DNA from: an uncultured virus (IMG/VR IMGVR_UViG_3300022700_000241)
Taxonomy: Duplodnaviria; Heunggongvirae; Uroviricota; Caudoviricetes
Virus record (IMG/VR): IMGVR_UViG_3300022700_000241
DNA length: 64,000 bases
Strand: one strand, 5' to 3'
The notes under the pieces are model-generated. The model was not told where the DNA came from, did not search any database, and saw nothing but the letters and a program-made list of their open reading frames with translations. The position numbers and the translations under genes were made by a program. Below, in pieces: positions 56,463 through 64,000 of this stretch. How positions within the stretch are numbered: the first letter of the stretch is position 1; each line of letters starts with the position of its first letter.

Positions 56463-57137
56463 CTACGCCATCGCTTCGTCGGCGCGCTCGTCTTCGAGGT
56501 AGGGCGGAATGTAGAGCAGCGCACCCTCCTCTCGGAGCATTTCGGCAAGCTGGAGGGTCGTCTTCGGCCCTGCGTGGCGAAACTCATCCCGGAAGACCGG
56601 CTCTTTGACCATCTCGGCCAGCGTCCGAATCGTCGCCGCGGTGCTGGCGGTGTCCTTGACGAGTTCACGGAGCTTAACGGTCGCCCCCTCGCGGGAATCG
56701 ATCCACTCGACCGGCTCCATCTGTCCACGGTCCCGCTCCGAGTGGCCGAGAAGGACAAAGCGGGCCTCGCTTGCCGGGACCGACTCTTTGCGAGCCTCCA
56801 GCAGAAGCGGCGGAACTCCGATCTGCCAATCCTCCAGATCCTCGGATTTGGAAGGACCGTTGTTCATCATGAGGCCCCCGGATAAAACGTCGGAGTGGTA
56901 GTAACGGTCAAACTCCACAGCACGCTCGAAGAGGGTCTCTACCAGCTTCTCCCCGGCTTTGGGGAAACCGTCGACCGACTCCACCGCGTCGGTTTCGAGC
57001 ACGGGGAATCCGTACATGAACGTGAAGAGAGCCGCGAGATAGGCGCGCTGGTGCTCCGCCGCCTCCGCGTGCTCAAAAATGCGGGCCACGTCGGACTTTT
57101 CGGCCTCGATGACTTCGTAGGAAGGGTCCAAGCTCAT
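56463..57137 (-). CDS. hypothetical protein
   Basis: First gene after promoter copy. Confidence 0.7.
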   Translation of the reverse strand: MSLDPSYEVIEAEKSDVARIFEHAEAAEHQRAYLAALFTFMYGFPVLETDAVESVDGFPKAGEKLVETLFERAVEFDRYYHSDVLSGGLMMNNGPSKSEDLEDWQIGVPPLLLEARKESVPASEARFVLLGHSERDRGQMEPVEWIDSREGATVKLRELVKDTASTAATIRTLAEMVKEPVFRDEFRHAGPKTTLQLAEMLREEGALLYIPPYLEDERADEAMA

Positions 57138-57167
57138 TGTCTCAAGGGTGTTGGTTTGTAGGAGTGT

Positions 57168-57266
57168 GATGCACTTATTAAACGCGCTTTAACCTGTGCT
57201 GTTCCCGGTCCGCCTGTCCAACAAAAAAAGCCCGCCCCGAGCCGGTCAGTGCCGGTGGGGCGGGCC
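57168..57266 (-). promoter_or_regulatory. terminator + repeated promoter cassette
   Basis: GCCCGCCCC hairpin + T7, then GGAAC-N16-CGTTTAATAAGTGCATC. Confidence 0.85.
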
Positions 57267-57296
57267 AGTGCGGAGGGGAACCACGAGAAACCTCCG

Positions 57297-57620
57297 CTAC
57301 AGTCCGATATTCCCAGTGTCGTAGGCAAATTCGAGTAGGGTTTTTACCTTTTCTGCGGGGTCGTTCGTATCGACCCGAACCCGAACGAAGGCCACCGAGT
57401 TGGTCGCGGTATCCTCCGGGGTCTCACGAAGCCGAATGATTGTCGTGTCGCGGCTTCTTTTGGCGAACTTGATGAAGGCGAAGGCGCGCTTGAAGCTCGG
57501 GAACGAGACGTTGAACTCCGCGCGGCTTCCCCGGCACACGTAGACGGTTGCCTCAATGGAGTCGTCATCGCGAATTTCATCGAGGGTGTTGAGTCGCTTT
57601 TTGCTGGTTTTAGTAGCCAT
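57297..57620 (-). CDS. hypothetical protein
   Basis: 107-aa ORF. Confidence 0.6.
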   Translation of the reverse strand: MATKTSKKRLNTLDEIRDDDSIEATVYVCRGSRAEFNVSFPSFKRAFAFIKFAKRSRDTTIIRLRETPEDTATNSVAFVRVRVDTNDPAEKVKTLLEFAYDTGNIGL

Positions 57621-57692
57621 AGCAAAGGAGTGATTGTGTCCCCGGGCGCGTCCCGGGGGCCGGTGAAAGGCTTGCTCTCGGTTGGCCTGGAG

Positions 57693-58436
57693 TTAAGCGT
57701 AGGCGCCGGTCCGCTCCGGGCGCGTCCAGATTTCGTAGCTCGTCCGGAACGGGTTGTGTTGACCGCCGGTCGAGAAGATCACGACCTCGAAGCCCTCCTC
57801 CGAAAGCTCCTCGCGCTTCGCCTCGGGGTTTGTCGACGATTCGGTCGAGTGCATCGACTCGGCGTACTCGCCCTCCAGTTCAAAGCCGCGGTCACGAAGC
57901 GTCTCGCGGTCGTCGATGAGGAAGGCATGTGTCGTCGCGTCCGAGTGGATCAAGGCCTCGATGTAGGGCTCCGGGTCCTCCTGGACGGAGGGGCGGGTGA
58001 ACTCGTGGTTGTCGACCATGTGGTAATCGCCCGGCTTGTAGATCATGCCGCCGCGGCGGCTCATGTCGTCGATGTACCGATAGTCCGAGTCCCAACCGGT
58101 CTCCAGGTCCACGTTCTCCGGGAGGTGCTCATCCATGAGCCCTTCGAGGTGCGAGTCGTAGTCTCCGCCGATTATCATCTTGTGGTCCTCGCCCCAGACC
58201 TCCCCAAGGTGGCCGCCGTCGAGAAGAAGCAAGACTGCGCTCACCGGCGAGTGCTCCACGGACTCCACGTCAGTTGAGATGCAGCGCCCTCGGTGAAACT
58301 CGCCCTTCCACGCCAGGGCCTCGCCGCTGGTGGTCGACTTGAGAATCCCCGCGTTCGGCTCGTCGTGCGCCTCGGCAAGCTGGTGGGCCTCGTCGAGAAG
58401 GTCGGTGTCGGTGTTTTTGCTGCGTCGAATTTCCAT
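57693..58436 (-). CDS. hypothetical protein
   Basis: Start at MEIRRS, downstream of promoter. Confidence 0.7.
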   Translation of the reverse strand: MEIRRSKNTDTDLLDEAHQLAEAHDEPNAGILKSTTSGEALAWKGEFHRGRCISTDVESVEHSPVSAVLLLLDGGHLGEVWGEDHKMIIGGDYDSHLEGLMDEHLPENVDLETGWDSDYRYIDDMSRRGGMIYKPGDYHMVDNHEFTRPSVQEDPEPYIEALIHSDATTHAFLIDDRETLRDRGFELEGEYAESMHSTESSTNPEAKREELSEEGFEVVIFSTGGQHNPFRTSYEIWTRPERTGAYA

Positions 58437-58465
58437 CGTATTGGGAGTGGTTTTTGGTTGGTATC

Positions 58466-58553
58466 GATGCATGTATTATACGCCCTTTAATCGGAGTTTG
58501 TTCCGGGCCTCCGATCCAACAAAAATGCCCCCCTCCCTTTCGGGAAAGGGGGC
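58466..58553 (-). promoter_or_regulatory. terminator + repeated promoter cassette
   Basis: GCCCCC/TCCC hairpin + T tract, then GGAAC-N17-CGTATAATACATGCATC. Confidence 0.85.
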
Positions 58554-58573
58554 GGATCCGCGGGCCGTTGTCG

Positions 58574-59071
58574 TTAGGCAGGCTGCGTGCGACTGTCAAA
58601 CGAGTCGCTGTATGAGAAGCTCGGCTCCTCGGCCACGCGCCGCTCGTAATCCCCCCAGAACTCCGCGGTAGGCTCCTGGAAATAATTGCCGTGAGCGGCG
58701 CCGCCGGTCTGGAGGTTCAGCGCCCAGGTGACGTACTTGTCGTTGAAGGAGCAGGCGACGATCCCGATGAAGCCCTCGGTGTGCGTTGCGTCCAGGACCC
58801 GGGCGCCGTTCACAAGTTCATCGCCAGGGTCCGGCATGAGGCGCTTGTAGAGCGCATTTATCGCGCGGCGGACCTCCGGGTCCGTCCTGTCGGCTGGGGC
58901 AAACTCTCCCTCGTTGGGGCAGACGGATCCGTCTCCGTAGACAGGGCCTTCGAGCACCTCCGCGGCGTCGGTAATCACGAGAGCGTTTCCGCCTTCACGG
59001 ATAATTGCAGCTACAGGTACGATCAATTCAATTTCCGAGTCGGATCGAACAGGCTTGATGTCGTGAAGCAT
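58574..59071 (-). CDS. hypothetical protein
   Basis: Single-gene cassette; YVTW...HGNYF motif; start at MLHDIK. Confidence 0.7.
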   Translation of the reverse strand: MLHDIKPVRSDSEIELIVPVAAIIREGGNALVITDAAEVLEGPVYGDGSVCPNEGEFAPADRTDPEVRRAINALYKRLMPDPGDELVNGARVLDATHTEGFIGIVACSFNDKYVTWALNLQTGGAAHGNYFQEPTAEFWGDYERRVAEEPSFSYSDSFDSRTQPA

Positions 59072-59082
59072 AGCGCTTTCTA

Positions 59083-59197
59083 TCGTGGTTTTTGGTTGGT
59101 TATGATGCACTTATTGTACGCGCTTTAATCGGGGCTTGTTCCGGGCGCCTGTCATCCCCAGAAATACCAAAACCCCACCCCGGATGCGGGGTGGGGC
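59083..59197 (-). repeat. terminator-promoter-leader cassette, near-identical to 60972-61086
   Basis: 115 bp with 5 mismatches by manual alignment; GGAAC-N17-CGTACAATAAGTGCATC. Confidence 0.9.
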
Positions 59198-59230
59198 TGG
59201 CAGGCACTCCCAGAAATTGAAGCCTCGGTC

Positions 59231-59686
59231 TTAGAACGGGAGTTCGGGGTCCGCGCCTCCATCGTCGTCGGTGCCGGATTCCGCCTCGACCTCCCCTTCG
59301 GGGTCATCGTTGCTGGAGTTCTCACCGGCGAAGAATCCTGCAAGCTCCAGGTCCGGCCCGGGGGAGCCGCCCCGGTTCTTCAAGACGTGCAGCACCCCTT
59401 GCCCTTGCTCCAGGTCACCGATCTGCTCTTCACGTCGGCGGTGGAGAAAGATTTCGTGGCCCACTTTCCGTTCGGCTTCGGAGGCTCGGTGTTCTGGGTG
59501 CTCCTGTCCGTCGTAGTGAACGGAGCACTTCTCCCACACGTCGCAAGAGGAGAGAATCCAACCGCTGCCGTTGCAGGCGCAGTCGTCGGGATCGGGGCGC
59601 TCGGCCCCGCGGGTCGAGTGCTCGTGGATCCGCTGGAAGTGATTGTTGTGCCGGTCGCGGCGTCGCTTATCTCGGCGTCGTCGCAT
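59231..59686 (-). CDS. hypothetical Cys/His protein
   Basis: CACNGSGWILSSCDVWEKCSVH...HPE; ends ELPF. Confidence 0.65.
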   Translation of the reverse strand: MRRRRDKRRRDRHNNHFQRIHEHSTRGAERPDPDDCACNGSGWILSSCDVWEKCSVHYDGQEHPEHRASEAERKVGHEIFLHRRREEQIGDLEQGQGVLHVLKNRGGSPGPDLELAGFFAGENSSNDDPEGEVEAESGTDDDGGADPELPF

Positions 59687-59721
59687 AGCGATAGGATCGG
59701 TTCGTGAGAGGAAGCGAGAAG

Positions 59722-60321
59722 TTACGCGGCCATCGACACATCCTCGCGGTCTCGCCAAGGGCCATCGGGCAAGTCGGGGTGCCGGTAGATGAACTCGCCA
59801 GCATCGATGTCGACGTTCATCGGGGGCTGCCCGTCGGTCCACCGGGCCACCTGAACGCCGCCAATCTCGTCCAGGTCGATGATGTGCCCACCGCTCGTGC
59901 CCGGAGGGACGAGGATCGGCGCGTGAACCGGCCCGAGCGTGCGGCCCAGGCGCCCCTCTGCCCGGATGCCGCCGGTCTGATCGGGTAGGCTACGGAAGAG
60001 GCGCACGACGGGGTAGTTGGCGCTGTAGGACGCCTGTGCCCAATCGTGAACCCATGCGCAGAGCGGTGTGAACAGTCCCATCGAGAAGGCCGTCGGCTTC
60101 GCCCGGGCCATCTCCTCGGCGGTCTCCGCCACATCGGTCGTCACCAGGAGCTTATCGGGCATGTCCTCCATTTCGAGGCGCGCGGTGCAGTGGTACAGGA
60201 AGTGTTCTTCCACGTCGAACCCCGAAGGGTCGATGTGGCGCCCTCGCGGGACTTGTTTGAGTTCGGAGATGTCCGCGGGGTCGAGCGTTTTGCTGTCGGA
60301 AGTTGTGCGTGAGGTAGCCAT
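59722..60321 (-). CDS. hypothetical protein
   Basis: Start at MATSRT. Confidence 0.65.
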   Translation of the reverse strand: MATSRTTSDSKTLDPADISELKQVPRGRHIDPSGFDVEEHFLYHCTARLEMEDMPDKLLVTTDVAETAEEMARAKPTAFSMGLFTPLCAWVHDWAQASYSANYPVVRLFRSLPDQTGGIRAEGRLGRTLGPVHAPILVPPGTSGGHIIDLDEIGGVQVARWTDGQPPMNVDIDAGEFIYRHPDLPDGPWRDREDVSMAA

Positions 60322-60407
60322 AGGAGCGAATGGTTTTGGATTCGATGCAGTCGGAGATGTAGAGGCGGGGCGCCCAGGTCCGGCGCCCCACCGATTCGAG
60401 CGGCGAC

Positions 60408-60965
60408 TTATCGGCGGTAGAACGTCACCGTGAACGAGTTCTTGCACTCAAGCTCAAAGTAGTTCGATGAGAAAAGCCGGTCCAGATGAAAGGCGCTCTG
60501 CGGACCGGAGTATCTCCCCGATGCCGCGGATCCGATGACGCGACCGGCGCAAAAGTCCAGTGCCCACTCAAACGGGCCGCCCTCCCACATGACTTCGGAG
60601 CGGTTTTCGTAGTGATCGACCGTGGGCTCGTCGGGAGACAATCCCATGTAGTCGAGGTACTCGGCCAGAGCCTCGGCGGCCTCCTCGGGAGACTTCGCGT
60701 AGGCAACCTCCTCGCGGAGATTCGATTTCTTTGCTTCGTTGTCGATCTGCACCGAGTCGTAATCGTCCTCGGAGTGGGAAACCGCAAACCCCAGGGCGCG
60801 GCGCTTGTGGCCTTCCCCCTTGAACCGCTCGGTGTGGTCGGTCGCCCAGTCGTCCCCGCTCATCCCGTCGGTCTCGCAGGACATGAGCGACACTTCGCTG
60901 TAGTGCTCGTAGTGTGTGACGATTGCAGAGTCGGAAAGGTCGGTGCCTTTGGTTTTGGTAGCCAT
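60408..60965 (-). CDS. hypothetical protein
   Basis: First gene after promoter; VMWEGGPFEWA motif. Confidence 0.7.
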   Translation of the reverse strand: MATKTKGTDLSDSAIVTHYEHYSEVSLMSCETDGMSGDDWATDHTERFKGEGHKRRALGFAVSHSEDDYDSVQIDNEAKKSNLREEVAYAKSPEEAAEALAEYLDYMGLSPDEPTVDHYENRSEVMWEGGPFEWALDFCAGRVIGSAASGRYSGPQSAFHLDRLFSSNYFELECKNSFTVTFYRR

Positions 60966-60971
60966 ATCAAG

Positions 60972-61086
60972 TCGTGGTTTTTGGTCGGTTATGATGCACT
61001 TATTGTACGCGCTTTAATCGGCTCTTGTTCCGGGCGCCGGTCATCCCCAAAAATACCAAAACCCCACCCCGGATGCGGGGTGGGGC
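60972..61086 (-). repeat. terminator-promoter-leader cassette, near-identical to 59083-59197
   Basis: See partner copy. Confidence 0.9.
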
Positions 61087-61109
61087 GTAAGGGGTGAGTG
61101 GTAGCGGCC

Positions 61110-61907
61110 CTAAACTTCCACGCTTCGCTTGTGAAAGAGCCGCGGGTCCCCCAGAGAGGCGAGCGTTTCCATGTCGGCGAGCACCCACACGTCCGCGCCG
61201 TGCATGTAGAACATCTCCGGGAGCACGGTGTCCCCAGAGTTCACGTAGTCGTACAGGACCGGCCCGCTTCGCCCGTCGCGAACCGTCTCGACGCCGTGGT
61301 AGCCGATAGCATCGGAAAGGGCCATGAGCGTCGCGCGGTACCGGTCGGGAGCGTGGTAGAAGTGATCGGCCTCGATGGTCTCCTCTCCCTCCCAGACCTT
61401 CACCACGTGGCGCAGGTCCTCCAGATCCGGGTCATAGTCCTCGAAGTAGCCGAGAAGATGCCGCGCGTCGAGGGTATCGCCGAGCACTTCGATTCCGTCG
61501 GTCTCGCGGAGGCTCTCCAGGGCGTCCTCGGCGGTGAGGCTCTCCCTGTACTGGGCAATCTCCTCCTCCATGCGCTCTTCGACTCCCTCTTCAATCCCCT
61601 CGGACACGCCCTCCTCATAGGCGCGGGTGACTTCCCCGTACTCCCAGTCCTCAAGGTCCAGGCGATTGATCTCGTAGATCGGATGCCCGCTGTACTGGCG
61701 CCCGTTGTTCTCCGCAAGGTGGGCCTCCTCAAAAATCGCGTCGCGGAGGGGGCGCTGATCGCCGGACTCCTTCCAGCGGTCGGTTAGCTCGTTCTTTTCG
61801 ATCTCGCAATTCTTGACCGCTTCGCGGCCCTTGCGCCGCCCGTCAGTTTTGGCGTCTTCCTTGAGTTCGTCGAGGGTGCGGTCGTCAGTTGACTTCGCGT
61901 TGGTCAT
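61110..61907 (-). CDS. hypothetical protein
   Basis: Single-gene cassette; HGVE...YVNSGDT motif. Confidence 0.7.
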   Translation of the reverse strand: MTNAKSTDDRTLDELKEDAKTDGRRKGREAVKNCEIEKNELTDRWKESGDQRPLRDAIFEEAHLAENNGRQYSGHPIYEINRLDLEDWEYGEVTRAYEEGVSEGIEEGVEERMEEEIAQYRESLTAEDALESLRETDGIEVLGDTLDARHLLGYFEDYDPDLEDLRHVVKVWEGEETIEADHFYHAPDRYRATLMALSDAIGYHGVETVRDGRSGPVLYDYVNSGDTVLPEMFYMHGADVWVLADMETLASLGDPRLFHKRSVEV

Positions 61908-61937
61908 GGTTTTGAGTCGTGGTTTTTGGTTTCTATC

Positions 61938-62024
61938 GATGCAGTTATTATATGGGCTTTAATACGTTGTTGTTCCGCGGCCTCTCCCAACAAAAAACGG
62001 GCCAGGGCACGCGGCCCTGACCCG
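61938..62024 (-). promoter_or_regulatory. terminator + repeated promoter cassette
   Basis: CGGG-CAGGGC hairpin + T6, then GGAAC-N17-CATATAATAACTGCATC. Confidence 0.85.
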
Positions 62025-62050
62025 AAACCACTCCCGAAAGTCCTTCCGAG

Positions 62051-62527
62051 TCAATCGTCGTCCCCGTCCATTTGGACGTGGTAGGTCCTCGCAAGGTCGA
62101 GGTGCTTTTCTGCCTCGTCGAGGTCCGCGCGAAGATCCTCCCAGAGCCTCTTTAGGTGGATCCGATCTCCAGCGTCAATCGATTCCGGAGCGCTTCCGCG
62201 GGCCATACGGAACGCCCGTCGAAGCGAGCGGCGCATGTCCTCCAGGAGCTTCTCGTCGTCGGCCCGCCCGATGTACTCGGCCACCATCGCGGGCTTGCTG
62301 TAGGCTTGCCCCTCGAAGTGCTCCTCGCACAGGTCGAGAAGGTGACCTGCTCCTTCGATCTCTACGGCAAGCTCCTTCATCTCCTCAACGGGATGCCCGT
62401 TGACGGGGCGGTATTTTTCAAGCTCCTCGGGGGTCATGACGCGCCCGCCGTCGTTGCCGTTGTCCCAGAAGTTCGGGACGAAGATTACCGCAGATTGCTC
62501 TTGGGTCGGCTCTTCTTGCGTACTCAT
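62051..62527 (-). CDS. hypothetical protein
   Basis: Acidic ORF with A/C-rich leader. Confidence 0.7.
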   Translation of the reverse strand: MSTQEEPTQEQSAVIFVPNFWDNGNDGGRVMTPEELEKYRPVNGHPVEEMKELAVEIEGAGHLLDLCEEHFEGQAYSKPAMVAEYIGRADDEKLLEDMRRSLRRAFRMARGSAPESIDAGDRIHLKRLWEDLRADLDEAEKHLDLARTYHVQMDGDDD

Positions 62528-62578
62528 GTCGAATTGGGGTTTTGGTTTTGGGGTGATGCGTAGTGTGCCCTCTCGGGG

Positions 62579-63367
62579 TTATCGCCAATCGGAAACCTCC
62601 GACGGTACGAGTTCAACGTCGAAGTCGATGGCCAGGGCCAGGACCGACGCAAACTCGCAGGGATTCGGGGACGGGACTGGACTCTCTCGCCGGTGTTCGG
62701 CCCAGACCGACCGGATCTTCTCCTGTAGCTCCAGCTTCGAGTCGGAGAGGTACATGATGCCCCCGTGGCGCCATCCCCAGTCCGCGTCGGGAATATAATC
62801 GCCGTGCTGCATAGGCGGGGCCTCGAAAAACGATTCTCCGCCGCCCATCGAGCACCACTCGCCGAGTCGCCCGGCCCACTCTACGCTTTGACCATCCAAC
62901 TCCAGGATTCCCTTCGAGGCGAGAGACCGGATTTCCTCCTCGTAGTTCTCGTTGAAATACGGGGCCTCGTGAACGCCGTCCACGGGGCCAATCGTCCGAG
63001 AGAGGTTCGCCGCGAGATATTCCGCCTCGCGTGTCGTGAAATTCTCACCGGTTGACTGCGCGTCGGCAAGGCGGAGGAGCGACTGTTCGCTCTGCGGGTC
63101 GAATAGTGCCCACTGGTCGCGGAGGTTCTCCCGCGCGTCTACCTGGAGCCCATCGGCAAAGTGTCCGAGCGTGCGCCGAACTTCCTCCGGGGTGGCCTCA
63201 ATGTCGAACTCCTGGAAAAAGGCAAGCTGCACGTCGGCGGTCGTAAACCAGCCGTGGACGATCTCGTCGGGCTCCCCCTCAATGAGACCGATGAAGGCCT
63301 CCATGAGTCGGGCGTCGCGGTCCGAGTCGAGATCAAGCGTGTCTGGGTTTTCTGTTTGGGTAGCCAT
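62579..63367 (-). CDS. hypothetical protein
   Basis: Start at MATQTE, downstream of promoter. Confidence 0.7.
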   Translation of the reverse strand: MATQTENPDTLDLDSDRDARLMEAFIGLIEGEPDEIVHGWFTTADVQLAFFQEFDIEATPEEVRRTLGHFADGLQVDARENLRDQWALFDPQSEQSLLRLADAQSTGENFTTREAEYLAANLSRTIGPVDGVHEAPYFNENYEEEIRSLASKGILELDGQSVEWAGRLGEWCSMGGGESFFEAPPMQHGDYIPDADWGWRHGGIMYLSDSKLELQEKIRSVWAEHRRESPVPSPNPCEFASVLALAIDFDVELVPSEVSDWR

Positions 63368-63393
63368 GTCAAGCGTGGTTTTTGTTTGATTGT

Positions 63394-63495
63394 GATGCAT
63401 GTATTGTACGCGCTTTAATTCGAGTTGGTTCCCAGTGGCTACACAAACACAAAACCCCCGCAATCGGGGCGGCTACCCGAGTGCGGGGGCGTTTT
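63394..63495 (-). promoter_or_regulatory. terminator + repeated promoter cassette
   Basis: CCCCCGCA-TCGGG hairpin + T tract, then GGAAC-N17-CGTACAATACATGCATC. Confidence 0.85.
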
Positions 63496-63516
63496 GATAC
63501 CGGCGTTTTGCGTCGC

Positions 63517-63999
63517 TTACCACTGCTCGGAAATCGCCGGGAGAAACTCCCCGTCCCCGGCCACCGGAGATCGAACCCACATCACGTACACGTCTCGGTC
63601 GTAAATCAGTGCTTTGGCCTCTGCGTCGACGCTCTGGATCGTCGTGTTGAAGAATCCACCAGATGCCGAGTAGGCCGCGTACTCTGCCTGCCAACCTCCG
63701 GCTTTCGTCGCCTGCGCAACAGGCGTTCCACTTGAGTTTGGCGCCTCCGCAGGAACGACCGTTTGAATCGCCGATGTGAGACTATCTCGGTAGTTGTCGT
63801 ACCCCCAATCTCCGTCTGGTATCGGGTCTCCGTTGCCGTCCAGAACCTTCGACCGGTCGTGGCCACGAATCATGATCTCACAGGTCCCGTCGCCGTCGAA
63901 GCTAAGGATCTTCGAGTCCCGAAACATCGCGCTCACCGGCGCGCGGGCCGGGTCAACGCGGAAGGCATAAAGCGGCTCCCAGTCACCAGATCCCCCATA
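63517..63999 (-). CDS. hypothetical protein, 5'-truncated by window edge
   Basis: Frame has no stop up to the end of the window. Confidence 0.6.
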   Translation of the reverse strand, partial: YGGSGDWEPLYAFRVDPARAPVSAMFRDSKILSFDGDGTCEIMIRGHDRSKVLDGNGDPIPDGDWGYDNYRDSLTSAIQTVVPAEAPNSSGTPVAQATKAGGWQAEYAAYSASGGFFNTTIQSVDAEAKALIYDRDVYVMWVRSPVAGDGEFLPAISEQW

Positions 64000-64000
64000 A

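Noticed and set aside
49877..63432. Repeated ~39-bp motif as a CRISPR array
   Set aside because: Copies are 0.6-3 kb apart, separated by whole genes, degenerate and non-palindromic; no cas genes.
49877..63495. Integron attC cassette array
   Set aside because: No integrase in window, no RYYYAAC/GTTRRRY boxes, and each unit has its own promoter and terminator.

Overview
GC-rich, gene-dense 64 kb segment with a strongly acidic predicted proteome, almost all genes on the minus strand, and no rRNA, housekeeping operon, CRISPR or integrase. It most plausibly comes from a large virus (or virus-like element) of a halophilic bacterium. Bacterial-type DnaG, an RNAP alpha-CTD-like domain, non-Shine-Dalgarno A/C-rich leaders and a Rhodothermota-like secreted protein suggest a Salinibacter-like host; this is inference. 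No capsid, terminase or portal gene is recognisable here. Layout: (i) 1-32 kb, small phage-type genes (2 HNH endonucleases, Gp37Gp68/DUF5131, primase core, HAD phosphatase, metallopeptidase), interrupted by plus-strand islands encoding a paralogous family with a basic leader ending in G[LM][GS]Q, Gly-rich linkers and a C-terminal membrane anchor, one member carrying nucleoporin-like FxFG repeats; (ii) a 126-nt aberrant tRNA-like RNA at about 30 kb; (iii) 32-42.5 kb, a subtilase fused to an apparently inactivated nuclease and an HhH domain, an intact sister nuclease, tail/adhesin-like proteins and a sulfotransferase; (iv) 45-64 kb, an array of short ORFans punctuated by a repeated terminator + GGAAC-N16/17-CGTWYAAT promoter + leader cassette and by a covarying three-way-junction RNA repeat. 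All family assignments are from motif recognition by eye, not from database searches.
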